Origin: an uncultured Planctomycetota bacterium
GTDB lineage: Bacteria > Planctomycetota > Planctomycetia > Gemmatales > Gemmataceae
DNA length: 64,000 nucleotides
Reading direction: 5' to 3'
NCBI GenBank assembly: GCA_963849325.1
Contig: CAWKHF010000004.1
Span: 1-64,000 of the forward strand
In this document: one piece after another, positions 10,272 through 20,060 of the stretch
Numbering within the stretch: position 1 is the stretch's first letter
Layout of the letters: every line of letters begins with the position of its first letter
The notes under the pieces: generated by a model
Told to the model about the DNA's origin: nothing
Seen by the model: the letters and a program-made list of their open reading frames with translations, nothing else
Database searches by the model: none
Program-made: the position numbers and the translations under genes

Positions 10272-11721
10272 GAGTTCCCTCGTGGCAAAAGAAGTTGAAT
10301 TTCCACTCCCCGAACCGGAGGTGTTCCAACAGCGATCTGGCCGCCATGCGCTTCGACGATCCGTTGAGCAATCGCCATGCCCAAACCTGTGCCCTTGGTC
10401 TTGGTCGTGAAAAACGGCTCAAAGAGGCGCTGCCGCTGCTCCGCATTCAGGCCCGGTCCATTATCGCACACGGCGATCCGCAAGACCGGCTGTCCCTCCA
10501 ACTGTGCGGCGGAGCAAAACACGGTAATCTCCACGGGATCGGAACACGCCGCCAGGGCGTTCTCCACAATGTTGCGAAACACCTGCTCCAGCCGAAACGC
10601 ATCGACCAGGCAATGCAGATCGACGCCCTCGCACTCTTCCCGCAGCAAGGCTGTGCGTCCGTGCCGTTGCTCGCTCAGGTTGGCCCAGGCTTGCCGCCAG
10701 ATGGAGCGCAGCGATTGTCTCTGGCGTTCCAGTTTCAGCGGGGCGGCATAATTGCGAACTTCGCCGTAAAGTTGCTGGAGATGGTTTTGGGCTTTTTGAA
10801 TGCGGCCGATGAGGTCGAGCGCCTCGGACCGGTCCTCGACTTCCATCGCCAGCATCTCCAGGCAAGCCTGACTGCGGGCCAGGGCGTTACCGCTCTCGTG
10901 AGCCAGACCGGCCATCATTTGGCCAATGGCCGCCAACCGCTCGGCTTGCAGCGTCCGTTCCTGCGCCTGCTTGAGGGCCGTGATGTCCTGGCCGACTTTC
11001 AGGATCGCCGGGGCGCCCTCGTAATCGGTCAGAAGTTGGGCATTCCAAAGGAACCAGCGGCGTGAACCGTTCCGACAGCGCACCGGGTTCTCGAAGCCTG
11101 CGCCGGCGTGCCGGCCAGCACCCGCTGCAAGTGTTCGCGGACCATCGCCTGACAATCGCCACACAAGAAACGCTCGATGTAATTAACGCCCAACACTTCG
11201 CCGCCGCGATAGCCCGTCAGTTCCTCGGCGAAGGGGCTGAAGTAAGCGATGGTGTGATCGGCCCGGAGGATGACGATGAGGCACGGAGCGGCCTCGATGA
11301 GGGTGCGGAAGGCGGTCTCACTGTGTTCCTTGGCCAGTGTCAAGCGGTGCCGCTCGGCGATTCGCGCCAGGCTGGCGCGGAGGGCGTCGGGGTTGATGGG
11401 CTTGAGGATGTAGTCGGCCGCGCCTTGCCGTAGGGCGGCGATGGCTCCTTGCAGGTCCGCGTAGCCGGTGACGATGAGGATCGCGCTATCGGGAGCCAGT
11501 TGACGCAGGCGCGGCAGCAGCTCTTCGGCGTTGCTATCGGGGAGGCGGCGATCGAGCAGGATGGCGGAGATGCGCGACCAATCTTTCCGCCTCAAGACTT
11601 CGGCCGCCGTGCCGGCGGTTTCGACGCGGTAGTGATCCAGTTCGAGGATGTCGCGCAGATTGCTCCGCGTATCGGCGTCGTCATCGACCACTAGCACGAG
11701 GAAATCCGGGTCCGTCTTCAT
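10268..11721 (-). CDS. Hybrid REC-PAS-histidine kinase; frameshift ~11098
   Basis: REC (VVDDD, LLDRRLPD), PAS (FSPFAEELTGY..FENPVRCRNGSRRW), H-box GLAHESGN, DNGPG, FFTTKTKGTGLGM across two frames. Confidence 0.85.
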
Positions 11722-12499
11722 GCACCCTCTCCTCCGCGCGCGGCGGCGCGTCGGGGCCGGCGCCGCGGGAATCGTTGCTGGTCAACTGTTGCAGCGTGGA
11801 CAGCAGGCGCGGCACGTCAAACGGTTTATAGCACACCGCGTCCGCTCCTTCGGTCAGCACGCGCTGCACGAGGGGGTCCAGTTCCACACGATGGCCGGTG
11901 ATGACCACGGTGCGGGCTTGCGGATTGGTCCGGCGCACCTGCTGGAACACTTGGCCGCCATCGCCGGGCGGCAGCTTCATGTCGATTAGCACGATGGCGA
12001 AGGCGGACTCCCGCAGCTGACGCGCCGCCTCTTGCTCGTCATGGGCGATGGCCACACGGTAGCCGCATTCGCGCAACAGATCCGACAGGTTGGCGCACAG
12101 GTCGGGATCGTCATCGACCACCAACACGAGCGGCTGGCCCAGCGCCTCGTCCACCAGCGGCAGCAGTCGCTCCATCTCCACCGGCTTGGCCAGCACCTGC
12201 CACGCCCCGGCAGCCAGCGCCTCCTCGGCCGTGGCCTTGCTGGCGTAGGCTGTCACCACGATGGCCACCGTCGAGGAACGGAGCTTGCGCAGCTCGCGGT
12301 AGAGTGTCAGCCCGTCCATGCCGGGCATCTTCAGGTCCAAGAGGGCGATGTCGTAAGGCTTCTTGCGGACCAGTTCCAGGGCGGCGGAACCGTCCAGGGC
12401 GGTATCGACCTGATAACCCAGATCCGTGAGTATGTCCGACAGATTGCGGCAGGTGTCGGCCTCATCATCGACGACGAGGATGGCGGCGGGGGGAGTCAT
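11681..12499 (-). CDS. Tandem two-receiver-domain response regulator
   Basis: ILVVDDE..LLDLKMPGMDG..AKP and VLVVDDD..LIDMKLP..YKP. Confidence 0.9.
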   Translation of the reverse strand: MTPPAAILVVDDEADTCRNLSDILTDLGYQVDTALDGSAALELVRKKPYDIALLDLKMPGMDGLTLYRELRKLRSSTVAIVVTAYASKATAEEALAAGAWQVLAKPVEMERLLPLVDEALGQPLVLVVDDDPDLCANLSDLLRECGYRVAIAHDEQEAARQLRESAFAIVLIDMKLPPGDGGQVFQQVRRTNPQARTVVITGHRVELDPLVQRVLTEGADAVCYKPFDVPRLLSTLQQLTSNDSRGAGPDAPPRAEERVHEDGPGFPRASGR

Positions 12500-13695
12500 G
12501 GTCGGACCTCCACTCCCTCACGGTCGCGGCCCTGTTGTGCGTGCGCTTGCAGGAACACGGTGAACGTGCTACCCCGACCGGGCGCGCTGACCGCCCGCAA
12601 GCTGCCGCCATTCTTCTCCAGGATGGCCCGCGCGATGGGTAATCCCAACCCCAGGCCGCGCGCCTTGGTCGAATACAACGGTTCCATCACGCGGTTGAGC
12701 TGCTCGGCGGAGATACCGACGCCGGTATCCGCGACGGCCACCTCCACGCCGCCGCCGGACGCCCGTGCCGTAATGGAGAGCTGGCCTCCTTCGGGCATGG
12801 CCTCGCCGGCATTGCGGACGAGGTTGGCGAAAACGATGCGAACCTGATCGAGGTCGGCCAGGGCTGGCGGCAGCGCGGATGGGCAGTCAATTGTCAGCTG
12901 GATGTTATCGGTCAACGGGTTGGTGTCAAGAACCTCGCGGACGCATTGCTCGACGGCGAACGGAATGCGGTTGGGCACCGGCAGCTTGGCGAAATTCGAC
13001 AGCGCCGTGATGACGCCATCGGCAAGTACGACGTGCTTCTCGATGCGTTGCAGGTGCTCGGCTTTTTTCTCCGGGGAGGGATTGTGCGCGTTGAGCAGAT
13101 AATAGACGGAGGTTTTGACGACGTTGAGCGGGTTACGCAACTCGTGCGCGACGCCGCCGGCTACCTGGCCGATGGCCGCCAGCCGTTCGCTGCGTTGCAG
13201 GCGGGCGGCGTACTCGGCCTGGTAGGCGTCCTCGATGATGGCCAAGTCCAGATCGAGCAGCTTGTTGAGCGAGCAGACCGTGTCCTGCAAGTCTGTTTGA
13301 CTGCCCGGCCAGTTATCGAACAAGGCACGCATCAATCCCAACCGTAGCCGGGACAGTGCGACGTTGGTGTAAACCTGTTCGAGTCCGATCTCGACGTGCC
13401 GCCAGCCGACCTGCCAGCGGCGGGCGACGTGATCGCGGTCGTAGCGGCCGCCAAGCAGTTCACGCAGCCACTGGATCAACGTGCCTTTGAGTCGCTCGAT
13501 CTGTTGCTGCCCTCCCGTGATGACCTTGCGGGCATTGGGATGGCGACTAATTTCGTCGTAGAAATCATCGATCAGGGCCGTGAGATGAGGCGCGAGCAAT
13601 TCGGCCGTCGCCGCCACGCGCCGCGCGCACTCATCCGTCCAGCCCACCCATGCCTGCAATTCCTGATAACGGCGATACACTTCGTCGATATTCAC
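12496..13695 (-). CDS. Globin-coupled (protoglobin-domain) sensor histidine kinase
   Basis: LIDDFYDEI..QIERLKGTLIQWL..VGWRHVEIGL (proximal His)..LNKLLDLDLAI; H-box GVAHELRNPL; DTGVGI; STKARGLGLGL. Confidence 0.88.
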   Translation of the reverse strand: MNIDEVYRRYQELQAWVGWTDECARRVAATAELLAPHLTALIDDFYDEISRHPNARKVITGGQQQIERLKGTLIQWLRELLGGRYDRDHVARRWQVGWRHVEIGLEQVYTNVALSRLRLGLMRALFDNWPGSQTDLQDTVCSLNKLLDLDLAIIEDAYQAEYAARLQRSERLAAIGQVAGGVAHELRNPLNVVKTSVYYLLNAHNPSPEKKAEHLQRIEKHVVLADGVITALSNFAKLPVPNRIPFAVEQCVREVLDTNPLTDNIQLTIDCPSALPPALADLDQVRIVFANLVRNAGEAMPEGGQLSITARASGGGVEVAVADTGVGISAEQLNRVMEPLYSTKARGLGLGLPIARAILEKNGGSLRAVSAPGRGSTFTVFLQAHAQQGRDREGVEVRP

Positions 13696-13815
13696 AAGGG
13701 GCCGCCCTTTTCGCTTTCATGCCCGCATCGGGCTGACCTTTTCCGGGTCCACGTTGAGCCGGTGGCTGGCTTGCTCGACAATGCCGGGATCGCTGAGGGC
13801 ACTGTGGGTCACACA

Positions 13816-14262
13816 TCAATTATCGCAGGAATCTCCCGCCGTGCTACACTCCCCTTGCGGATCGGTCGCGCAGCCGCATTGCTGCTGCTCCTGCCGCTGG
13901 GCGTAGTCGTCGTTGCAGGCGTTGCTGGGGTCGGGCTTTTCAAGCAGGATGGTGAGCAGGACCGCGGAATCCTCGACGCCCTGGAGGGAATGAGGTTGGC
14001 CACCGGACAAGTAGAGCATCTGGCCGGCCTTGAGGTCGTGAGGGATGCCATCGACGCCGAAGATGATGTGGCCTTCCAGGCACTGAACGGTGATCTCGCC
14101 CGGAACGTGGTGCTTGGAGTGTCGTTCGCCTGCCGGGACAACCATGCGGATGACTTCCAGGGTCTTGGTCTTGATTAGCACGGTGGTCCGCGATGGGGTG
14201 AGCTTGGTGCCCCACGGATGGATGTCGATCACCTCGGCGGGATCGGCGTGTGCAATGGCCAT
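13816..14262 (-). CDS. Cupin-domain protein
   Basis: LEVIRMVVPAG..HHVPGEITVQCLEG..LKAGQMLYLSGGQPHSL; RBS aggagg upstream. Confidence 0.85.
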   Translation of the reverse strand: MAIAHADPAEVIDIHPWGTKLTPSRTTVLIKTKTLEVIRMVVPAGERHSKHHVPGEITVQCLEGHIIFGVDGIPHDLKAGQMLYLSGGQPHSLQGVEDSAVLLTILLEKPDPSNACNDDYAQRQEQQQCGCATDPQGECSTAGDSCDN

Positions 14263-14350
14263 GAGAAACCTCCTGAAAACAGCGCTCAAAGATTGGTTTC
14301 CGGCATCGGCTGGATTGCCGTCCATGCCGATGCCACTGCATCTCCTAGGA

Positions 14351-14365
14351 GCAAGGACGATGCCA
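14351..14365 (-). promoter_or_regulatory. Sigma-54 promoter for the cupin/globin-kinase operon
   Basis: Minus-strand TGGCATCGTCCTTGC, about 90 bp upstream of the cupin start. Confidence 0.75.
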
Positions 14366-14559
14366 TGGGGCCGGCCCGATCGTTACCGGGCGAAAAATGC
14401 AGCCTCCGTGCGTCCGTGGAGGTCCACGGAAGCATGGGGAGCGGGTTGAGGTGAGCGGAATCGGGCACCTGCTGTGCCGATCCGGCAAGGCTTCCGTCGT
14501 GGATGCTTCAGCGTCGGCCTTGGCTTATTGCGAAGCTGGTCCTTCGGCAGACTCCGCTT

Positions 14560-14660
14560 GGAGTGATGGGGTCCGCACCGTCAGCACGGGCAGGGCGCAT
14601 TCCGCACCACCTGCTCAGCCACGCTGCCCATGAGCAGCCGGCCCAGGCCCGTCCGCCTGA
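14560..14660 (-). pseudogene. Universal stress protein (UspA) C-terminal remnant
   Basis: RTGLGRLLMGSVAEQVVRNAPCP(V)LTVR; the rest of the gene is absent. Confidence 0.75.
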
Positions 14661-14885
14661 AATCGCCCACGAATTTTCCATCTCCAACAGATAGCGTGTT
14701 TCTGCTGGCGGCTAGCGCATACCCGGCGTGTCCGCCCAAAACTGCCGACAAGCATTCCGCATGTGCGGAAAGGAGACAAGGGTGTGCCGTTTTGGTCGAA
14801 CATCCGCTGTGTTCCCGTGGACGATTTCGGTCCTGCGGGGCCATCCGGCCGCAAGCTGCATTCCGAGTGCTTCAGGTTGAACGGC

Positions 14886-14900
14886 TGGCACGCTGGTTGC
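14886..14900 (+). promoter_or_regulatory. Sigma-54 promoter for the rightward effector cluster
   Basis: TGGCACGCTGGTTGC, a full TGGCAC-N5-TTGC consensus 47 bp before the ATG at 14948. Confidence 0.8.
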
Positions 14901-14947
14901 CATAAACGGAGATCGGGCAAGAAGACTCACCCACGAGGATCGGCGAC

Positions 14948-15207
14948 ATGATGACCCACGGGCAGGACATCCGCTCCGAAGAAGAGGCGCGGCTGGAAAT
15001 GCACCTCCAGGCCCAGCTGAGCGGACGAGTTCGCGGCCTCCGCGTCGTGCGCCGAGACAGCGGGTTTGTCCTCCAGGGCGCACTCACACCTACTACGCCA
15101 AGCAGCTCGTTCTACATGCGGCCATGCAGGCAACAGTCCTCCCCATCCTGGCCAACGAGATCGAGGTGGGCAACGCGCGTGAAGAGCGGCACATGGGTTG
15201 CGAGTAG
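14948..15207 (+). CDS. Small BON-like domain protein; frameshift ~15080
   Basis: LSGRVRGLRV..FVLQG / TYYAKQL..LANEIEV, typical planctomycete BON-like pattern. Confidence 0.6.
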
Positions 15208-15317
15208 ATGACCCGTATACTCGCCAGGGCCGACCTCCGAGAGTTAGGAGGTACGAAATGTTTGGCAGACGATACGGTCGCGGCTCTGAAGCGAATCACC
15301 CAAGAAATGAGTACCCC

Positions 15318-16433
15318 ATGCCAGACACCATGCCAACCGACCTGCAAGTTGCCGAGGGATGCTACATGATCGGCCGGAGGAACCCCGACTCCGTGCTGCA
15401 ATGCAACACCTACCTGCGCACCTTCCACGGAGGAGGCAGCGACTTCCAGTGGTGCGTGGACCCCGGCTCCATGATGGATTACAGCGTCGTCCGGAGCAAC
15501 TTACTGAATCGCATCGGCGATTTCGCGGCGTTGAACCTCGTGAGCATGAACCATCAAGACCCGGACGTGACCGGCAATCTACTGAATTTCACGCGGGAAA
15601 ATCCGCAATTAACCGGCCTGATCGCCGAGGACGCCTGGCGGCTGGTGCGCCACCTCAACGCCATCCCCAAGGAACTCTGGTTCGCCAACAAAGCCGAGAA
15701 TCGCTCCATTCGCTTGCCGGGAGGGCAGCGGTTGCAGATGGTGCCCACACCCTTCTGCCATTTTCGCGGCGCCGTGGCCTTCTACGATCCGGAGAGCCAA
15801 ATCCTATTCAGCGGCGACTTGTTCGGCGGGTTGAACTCACCGGGCCGGACTCACCTGTACGCACAGGAGGACGATTGGGCGGGGATCGCTCAATTCCATC
15901 AGATTTATATGCCCACCCGCGAGGTCGTGTCCCGCGCCCTGCGACTGATTCGTTCTCTCGATCCTCCTGTCAAGATCATTGCACCGCAGCATGGCTTCGT
16001 CCTGACCGGCGATACCATGCACGAGGTCATGGATCGACTGGAAAAGCTCCCGATGGGGATCGAATTACTCCCGGACGAACGGAATGAGGGCCATCACAAG
16101 AAGTATGCGGAGGTCTTTCACGAGGTGATCGAAGAGATTTCCCGTCTTTTGGGTGCGTCCGAGGTCCGGTCCCTGCTCCGGCACCTGCCGCGCGATCACG
16201 AGTTGGCCGACTACATCCGAATCACCGGCGACGAAGTCTGCCTGGAGCGAAACGGCGTTCGAGCCTTGCCCCTGCTGGTGGACGTGGCGACCCTGGGGCG
16301 CCTGCCTGTCTTCCGCGCGATGCTCAAGGACCGCGTGCTTCGCGGCTGCCTGGAACGGGGCGTCCCATTACCTCAGATGGGCGTCGGCGTGGAAGAAACA
16401 GGAGCGGAGCCGTCGGGCTACTGGCTTGGGTAA
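15318..16433 (+). CDS. MBL-fold di-iron protein (ODP/flavodiiron N-terminal-like) with C-terminal extension
   Basis: LQCNTYL, VDPGS, NHQDPDV, PTPFCHFRG, FSGDLFGG, FHQIYMP, IAPQHG. Confidence 0.8.
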   Translation: MPDTMPTDLQVAEGCYMIGRRNPDSVLQCNTYLRTFHGGGSDFQWCVDPGSMMDYSVVRSNLLNRIGDFAALNLVSMNHQDPDVTGNLLNFTRENPQLTGLIAEDAWRLVRHLNAIPKELWFANKAENRSIRLPGGQRLQMVPTPFCHFRGAVAFYDPESQILFSGDLFGGLNSPGRTHLYAQEDDWAGIAQFHQIYMPTREVVSRALRLIRSLDPPVKIIAPQHGFVLTGDTMHEVMDRLEKLPMGIELLPDERNEGHHKKYAEVFHEVIEEISRLLGASEVRSLLRHLPRDHELADYIRITGDEVCLERNGVRALPLLVDVATLGRLPVFRAMLKDRVLRGCLERGVPLPQMGVGVEETGAEPSGYWLG

Positions 16434-16469
16434 AAGGGGATCCGTCTGAATCAAAGGAGGATCAGGGCC

Positions 16470-16800
16470 ATGACTCACCTGAAGCTGAATGGCGTCCATT
16501 TGTGCTGCGGGGGTTGCGTTGATGCCGTCGCCACTGCGTTGGAAAGCGTACCCAGTGCCACATTCCAGTGCGACATGGAGAAAGGAACCGTGACCCTCAC
16601 CGCCAAGGATGATGCATCTGCCCAGAAGGCCCTCGATGCCATCGCGGCTGCCGGCCTGCACGGCGAAACCGGCGACGAACGACTGAAAATGAAGGCCGAG
16701 CATAATATTCCTCCCGGCAAGGTCCGGAGATTGAGAGTCTCGGGCATCCACAACTGCTGCCAGCCGTGCTGTGAGGCCATCCAAGGCGCCATCGCTGCCC
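16470..16800 (+). pseudogene. Two-repeat heavy-metal-associated (HMA-like) protein, 3'-truncated
   Basis: GVHLCCGGC and GIHNCCQPC repeats; second repeat breaks off at ~16797. Confidence 0.65.
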
Positions 16801-17691
16801 GGCAACCGGCAAATCGGCCGGTCGCTCCATTTCCTGGTCGCGTGCGCCTTCGTTCTATTCGTCATCGGTCACGTGACGATGGTGGCGATCACGGGGTTCG
16901 TTCGCAACATGAATCACATCGTCGTAGGCCGCGACGATGCCAGCTTGACCGGCGTGTATCTGGGCCTGCTGGGACTGGGCGTGATCGTGGTGGTCAACGT
17001 ACTCGCCAATTGGTTGGCGTGGCGGCACCCGCGAGCTGTGCAACACGTCGCCAAGGCGGTCGTCACTCCGGTCATGGCCTTCCTGCTCGACCGCCCCGCT
17101 CCACGGGCCGAGTTCCACCGCGAAGACATCTCCCCGTTTTTCTGGGCCAACGGCAAGGTGCCCACCTGCGAGGAGTGGAAGACGCTGGTCGCCAATGGCT
17201 TCAAGGATTACCGACTGAAGGTATACGGTTTGGTGGAAAAGCCGGTCGAGCTTTCGCTGGATGACCTGCGGGCGCTGCCGAAGAAGACACGGATCACCCT
17301 GCATCATTGCATTCAGGGCTGGTCGGGCATCGCCGAATGGGGCGGCGTGACGCTGGAAGAGTTGATGAAACGGGTGCGGCCAATGTCGGAGGCGCGGGCC
17401 GTTGTTTTCTATTCGTTCGGCGAGGGGGGCGAGGGAGGAGAGTTTTACGACAATCTCTCCATCGAAAACGCTCTGCATCCGCAAACGCTGCTGGCCTACG
17501 AGATGAATTACGAGCCGCTGGGTGAACTGCACGGCGTGCCGCTGCGTCTGCGGGTTGAGAACCAACTGGGCTTCAAGATGGTCAAGTGGATTCGGGCCAT
17601 CGAGTTCGTCCGGAGCATCCGATCCGTCGGCGAGGGCGAGGGCGGCTACAACGAGGACCACGAATACTTCGGCGAGTTGGCCAACATTTGA
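16800..17691 (+). pseudogene. Molybdopterin-dependent oxidoreductase (sulfite oxidase/MsrP-like) with cytochrome-b remnant, 5'-truncated
   Basis: RSLHFLV..HVTMV; YRLKVYGLV..HHCIQGWSG..LAYEMN..HGVPLRLRVENQLGFKMVKWI; no proper N-terminus. Confidence 0.75.
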
Positions 17692-17728
17692 GAGATTCGC
17701 CACAAGGGAAGAACGAAAGAAGGATACC

Positions 17729-18922
17729 ATGCCAGATCACACTTACCTGATCGTGGGCGGCGGCATGACGGCGGACGCCGCCGTTCACGGCATCCGCGAA
17801 GTGGACTCGACCGGCTCCATCGGGCTGATCGGCTCCGAATCCCATCCGCCGTACAACCGTCCGCCCTTGTCCAAGGGACTCTGGAAGGGCAAGCCGCTGG
17901 AGAGCATCTGGCGCGAAACCGCCCGCCCTCCGGCACAGCTCCACCTGGGACGGACGGCCCGTACCCTGGACGCACGCACTCGGCGCGTCACCGACGACCA
18001 GGGGACGACCTACACCTATGGCAAGCTACTCTTGGCCACCGGCGGCACGCCGCGCCGGCTGCCCTTCGGCGGCGACGACATCATCTACTTTCGCACGCTC
18101 GACGATTACCAGCGCTTGCGGGCGCTGACGGACAAGGGCCAGCATTTCGCGGTCATCGGCGGCGGCTTCATCGGCTCCGAGGTAGCCGCCGCCTTGGCGA
18201 TGAACGGCAAGAAAGTCACCCTGCTCTTCCCCGAAGCGGGGATCGGCGCCCGCGTCTTCCCCGCCGAGTTATCGCACTTCCTCAACGACTACTATCGGCA
18301 AAAGAGCGTCGAGGTGTGCGCGGGCGAGCAAGTCGTGGGCATGGACAAGCGCGGCAGTCAATGCGTGCTCCGCACACGCAATTCCCAAAGCGGGGGCGAG
18401 GGCGAGATTGCGGCCGATGGCGTGGTGGCGGGCATCGGCATTGCGCCGAACGTCGGCCTGGCTCAGCAAGCCGGCCTGCAAGTGGATAACGGCATCATCG
18501 TGGATGCGACCCTGCGCACGAGCGACCCGAATATCTATGCCGCCGGAGACGGGGCCGCGTTTCACAATCCCGCCTTGGGCCGCCGTCTGCGCGTCGAGCA
18601 CGAGGACAACGCTCTGACGATGGGCGGCTTGGCCGGCCAGTCGATGGCAGGCCGGTCGGTGTCCTACGATCATCTCCCCTCGTTTTACTCCGATTTATTC
18701 GACCTGGGTTACGAGGCGGTGGGCGAAGTGGATGCTCGCCTGGAGACGGTGGCCGATTGGAAGGAGCCGCATCGAGAGGGCGTGGTCTACTATCTGCGGG
18801 ATGGCCGGGTGCGCGGCGTGTTGCTGTGGAACGTCTGGGAGCAGGTGGACGCCGCCCGGAAGCTGATCGCCGAGCCGGGACCGTTCCGCCCAGCCGACCT
18901 CAAGGGCCGCTTGCCGGCCTGA
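17729..18922 (+). CDS. FAD/NAD(P)-dependent oxidoreductase (ferredoxin reductase/AIF-like)
   Basis: IVGGGMTA, PYNRPPLSK, LLLATGG, VIGGGFIGSE, IYAAGD, RVEHEDNA. Confidence 0.9.
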   Translation: MPDHTYLIVGGGMTADAAVHGIREVDSTGSIGLIGSESHPPYNRPPLSKGLWKGKPLESIWRETARPPAQLHLGRTARTLDARTRRVTDDQGTTYTYGKLLLATGGTPRRLPFGGDDIIYFRTLDDYQRLRALTDKGQHFAVIGGGFIGSEVAAALAMNGKKVTLLFPEAGIGARVFPAELSHFLNDYYRQKSVEVCAGEQVVGMDKRGSQCVLRTRNSQSGGEGEIAADGVVAGIGIAPNVGLAQQAGLQVDNGIIVDATLRTSDPNIYAAGDGAAFHNPALGRRLRVEHEDNALTMGGLAGQSMAGRSVSYDHLPSFYSDLFDLGYEAVGEVDARLETVADWKEPHREGVVYYLRDGRVRGVLLWNVWEQVDAARKLIAEPGPFRPADLKGRLPA

Positions 18923-18959
18923 TTCTTGTCGCCTTCGCCGCGGAACGGGAGTCGCTGGC

Positions 18960-19382
18960 ATGAGCCGCAATACCTTCTGCTTGGAGCCGGTGCCGCCTTT
19001 CCGTCTGGACCTGACGGTCTGGACGCTGCGTCGCCGCCCCGACAACGCGGTGGATCGCCGGGATGGCCGGACGTACCGGCGAGTCCTGGTACTCGCCGGC
19101 ATCCGAGTGGAAGTCGCGGTCACGCAAATCAAACCGCCCGAAGAGCCGCAGCTCCCAGTGACGGTGGAGGGCGCGTCCCTCACCGGCACCGTGAGGGCGG
19201 CGGTGACTTCGGCCCTGGAACGCTTGCTTGGCCTGCACATCGACCTGGCGGCGTTTCACCGCAGTGTCGCCCTGACCCTCGCTCGCTGGAAAGACTACGG
19301 CGGGCTGATTTACTTTCATCTGTTGCTCGATCGTCTGGCCGAAGCCGGCCACCGGGAAGGAGGTTTGCGATGTTTCATCTGA
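18960..19382 (+). pseudogene. AlkA-like DNA-3-methyladenine glycosylase with in-frame internal deletion
   Basis: N-terminus PVPPFRLDLTVWTLRRRPDN..LLGLHIDLAAF joined directly to C-terminal WKDYGGLIYFHLL; HhH-GPD core missing. Confidence 0.65.
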
Positions 19383-19765
19383 AGCGTGTGTACGAAGAAC
19401 CGTCCGCGAAGGACGGCTACCGCATTTTGGTGGAGCGGCTTTGGCCGCGAGGTCTCAGCAAGGAGCGAGCCGCCGTGGACCTGTGGCTCAAGGATGTGGC
19501 GCCGAGTCCAGAGCTGCGCAAATGGTTCCATCACGATCCGGCGCGGTGGCAAGAGTTCCAGCGGCGCTATCGGGCGGAACTCAAGGAGAAGAAGGAGACC
19601 ATCAAACTGCTGAAGCAAAAAGGCAAGGCCGGCGCTGTCACCCTGGTTTATGCCGCGCACGATGAGGAACACAATGGGGCGCTGGTGCTGAAACAACTCC
19701 TGGAGCGGCGGAAGAAAGAAGCGCACAAGGGAGCAGCCGGTCGAACGGATTCCTGCTCGATGTGA
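19370..19765 (+). CDS. DUF488 (YeaO-like) family protein
   Basis: LKRVYE..DGYRILVERLWPRG..WLKDVAPSPELRKWF..TLVYAAHDEEHN. Confidence 0.9.
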   Translation: MFHLKRVYEEPSAKDGYRILVERLWPRGLSKERAAVDLWLKDVAPSPELRKWFHHDPARWQEFQRRYRAELKEKKETIKLLKQKGKAGAVTLVYAAHDEEHNGALVLKQLLERRKKEAHKGAAGRTDSCSM

Positions 19766-19794
19766 GCAACGATTCCCTTTGCAGAGGGTGTCCC

Positions 19795-19974
19795 ATGAGA
19801 GACGGCGAAGAGGTCACCACGGCCACGATTGAGGATCAGCACGATGAGCTGCCCGGCACCGGGTCCGCGCCAGACAGCGTTGATGAAGCCAGCGACGAAA
19901 GTTTCCCCGCGAGCGACCCTCCCTCGAAAACGCCCATCACGAGGATCGGCTGCCCCTGTCACGCCCAGGGATGA
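19795..19974 (+). CDS. Small acidic protein with VDEASDESFPASDPP motif
   Basis: 59-aa ORF carrying a recognisable SFPASDPP small-protein motif. Confidence 0.6.
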   Translation: MRDGEEVTTATIEDQHDELPGTGSAPDSVDEASDESFPASDPPSKTPITRIGCPCHAQG

Positions 19975-20060
19975 GGACAGCGATAGCATGGTCGGGATTT
20001 CGATTCGCCAGGCACGCCACGGGAAGAAGACTGACTACGGAGACGCGCGGGAGGTAGAGG

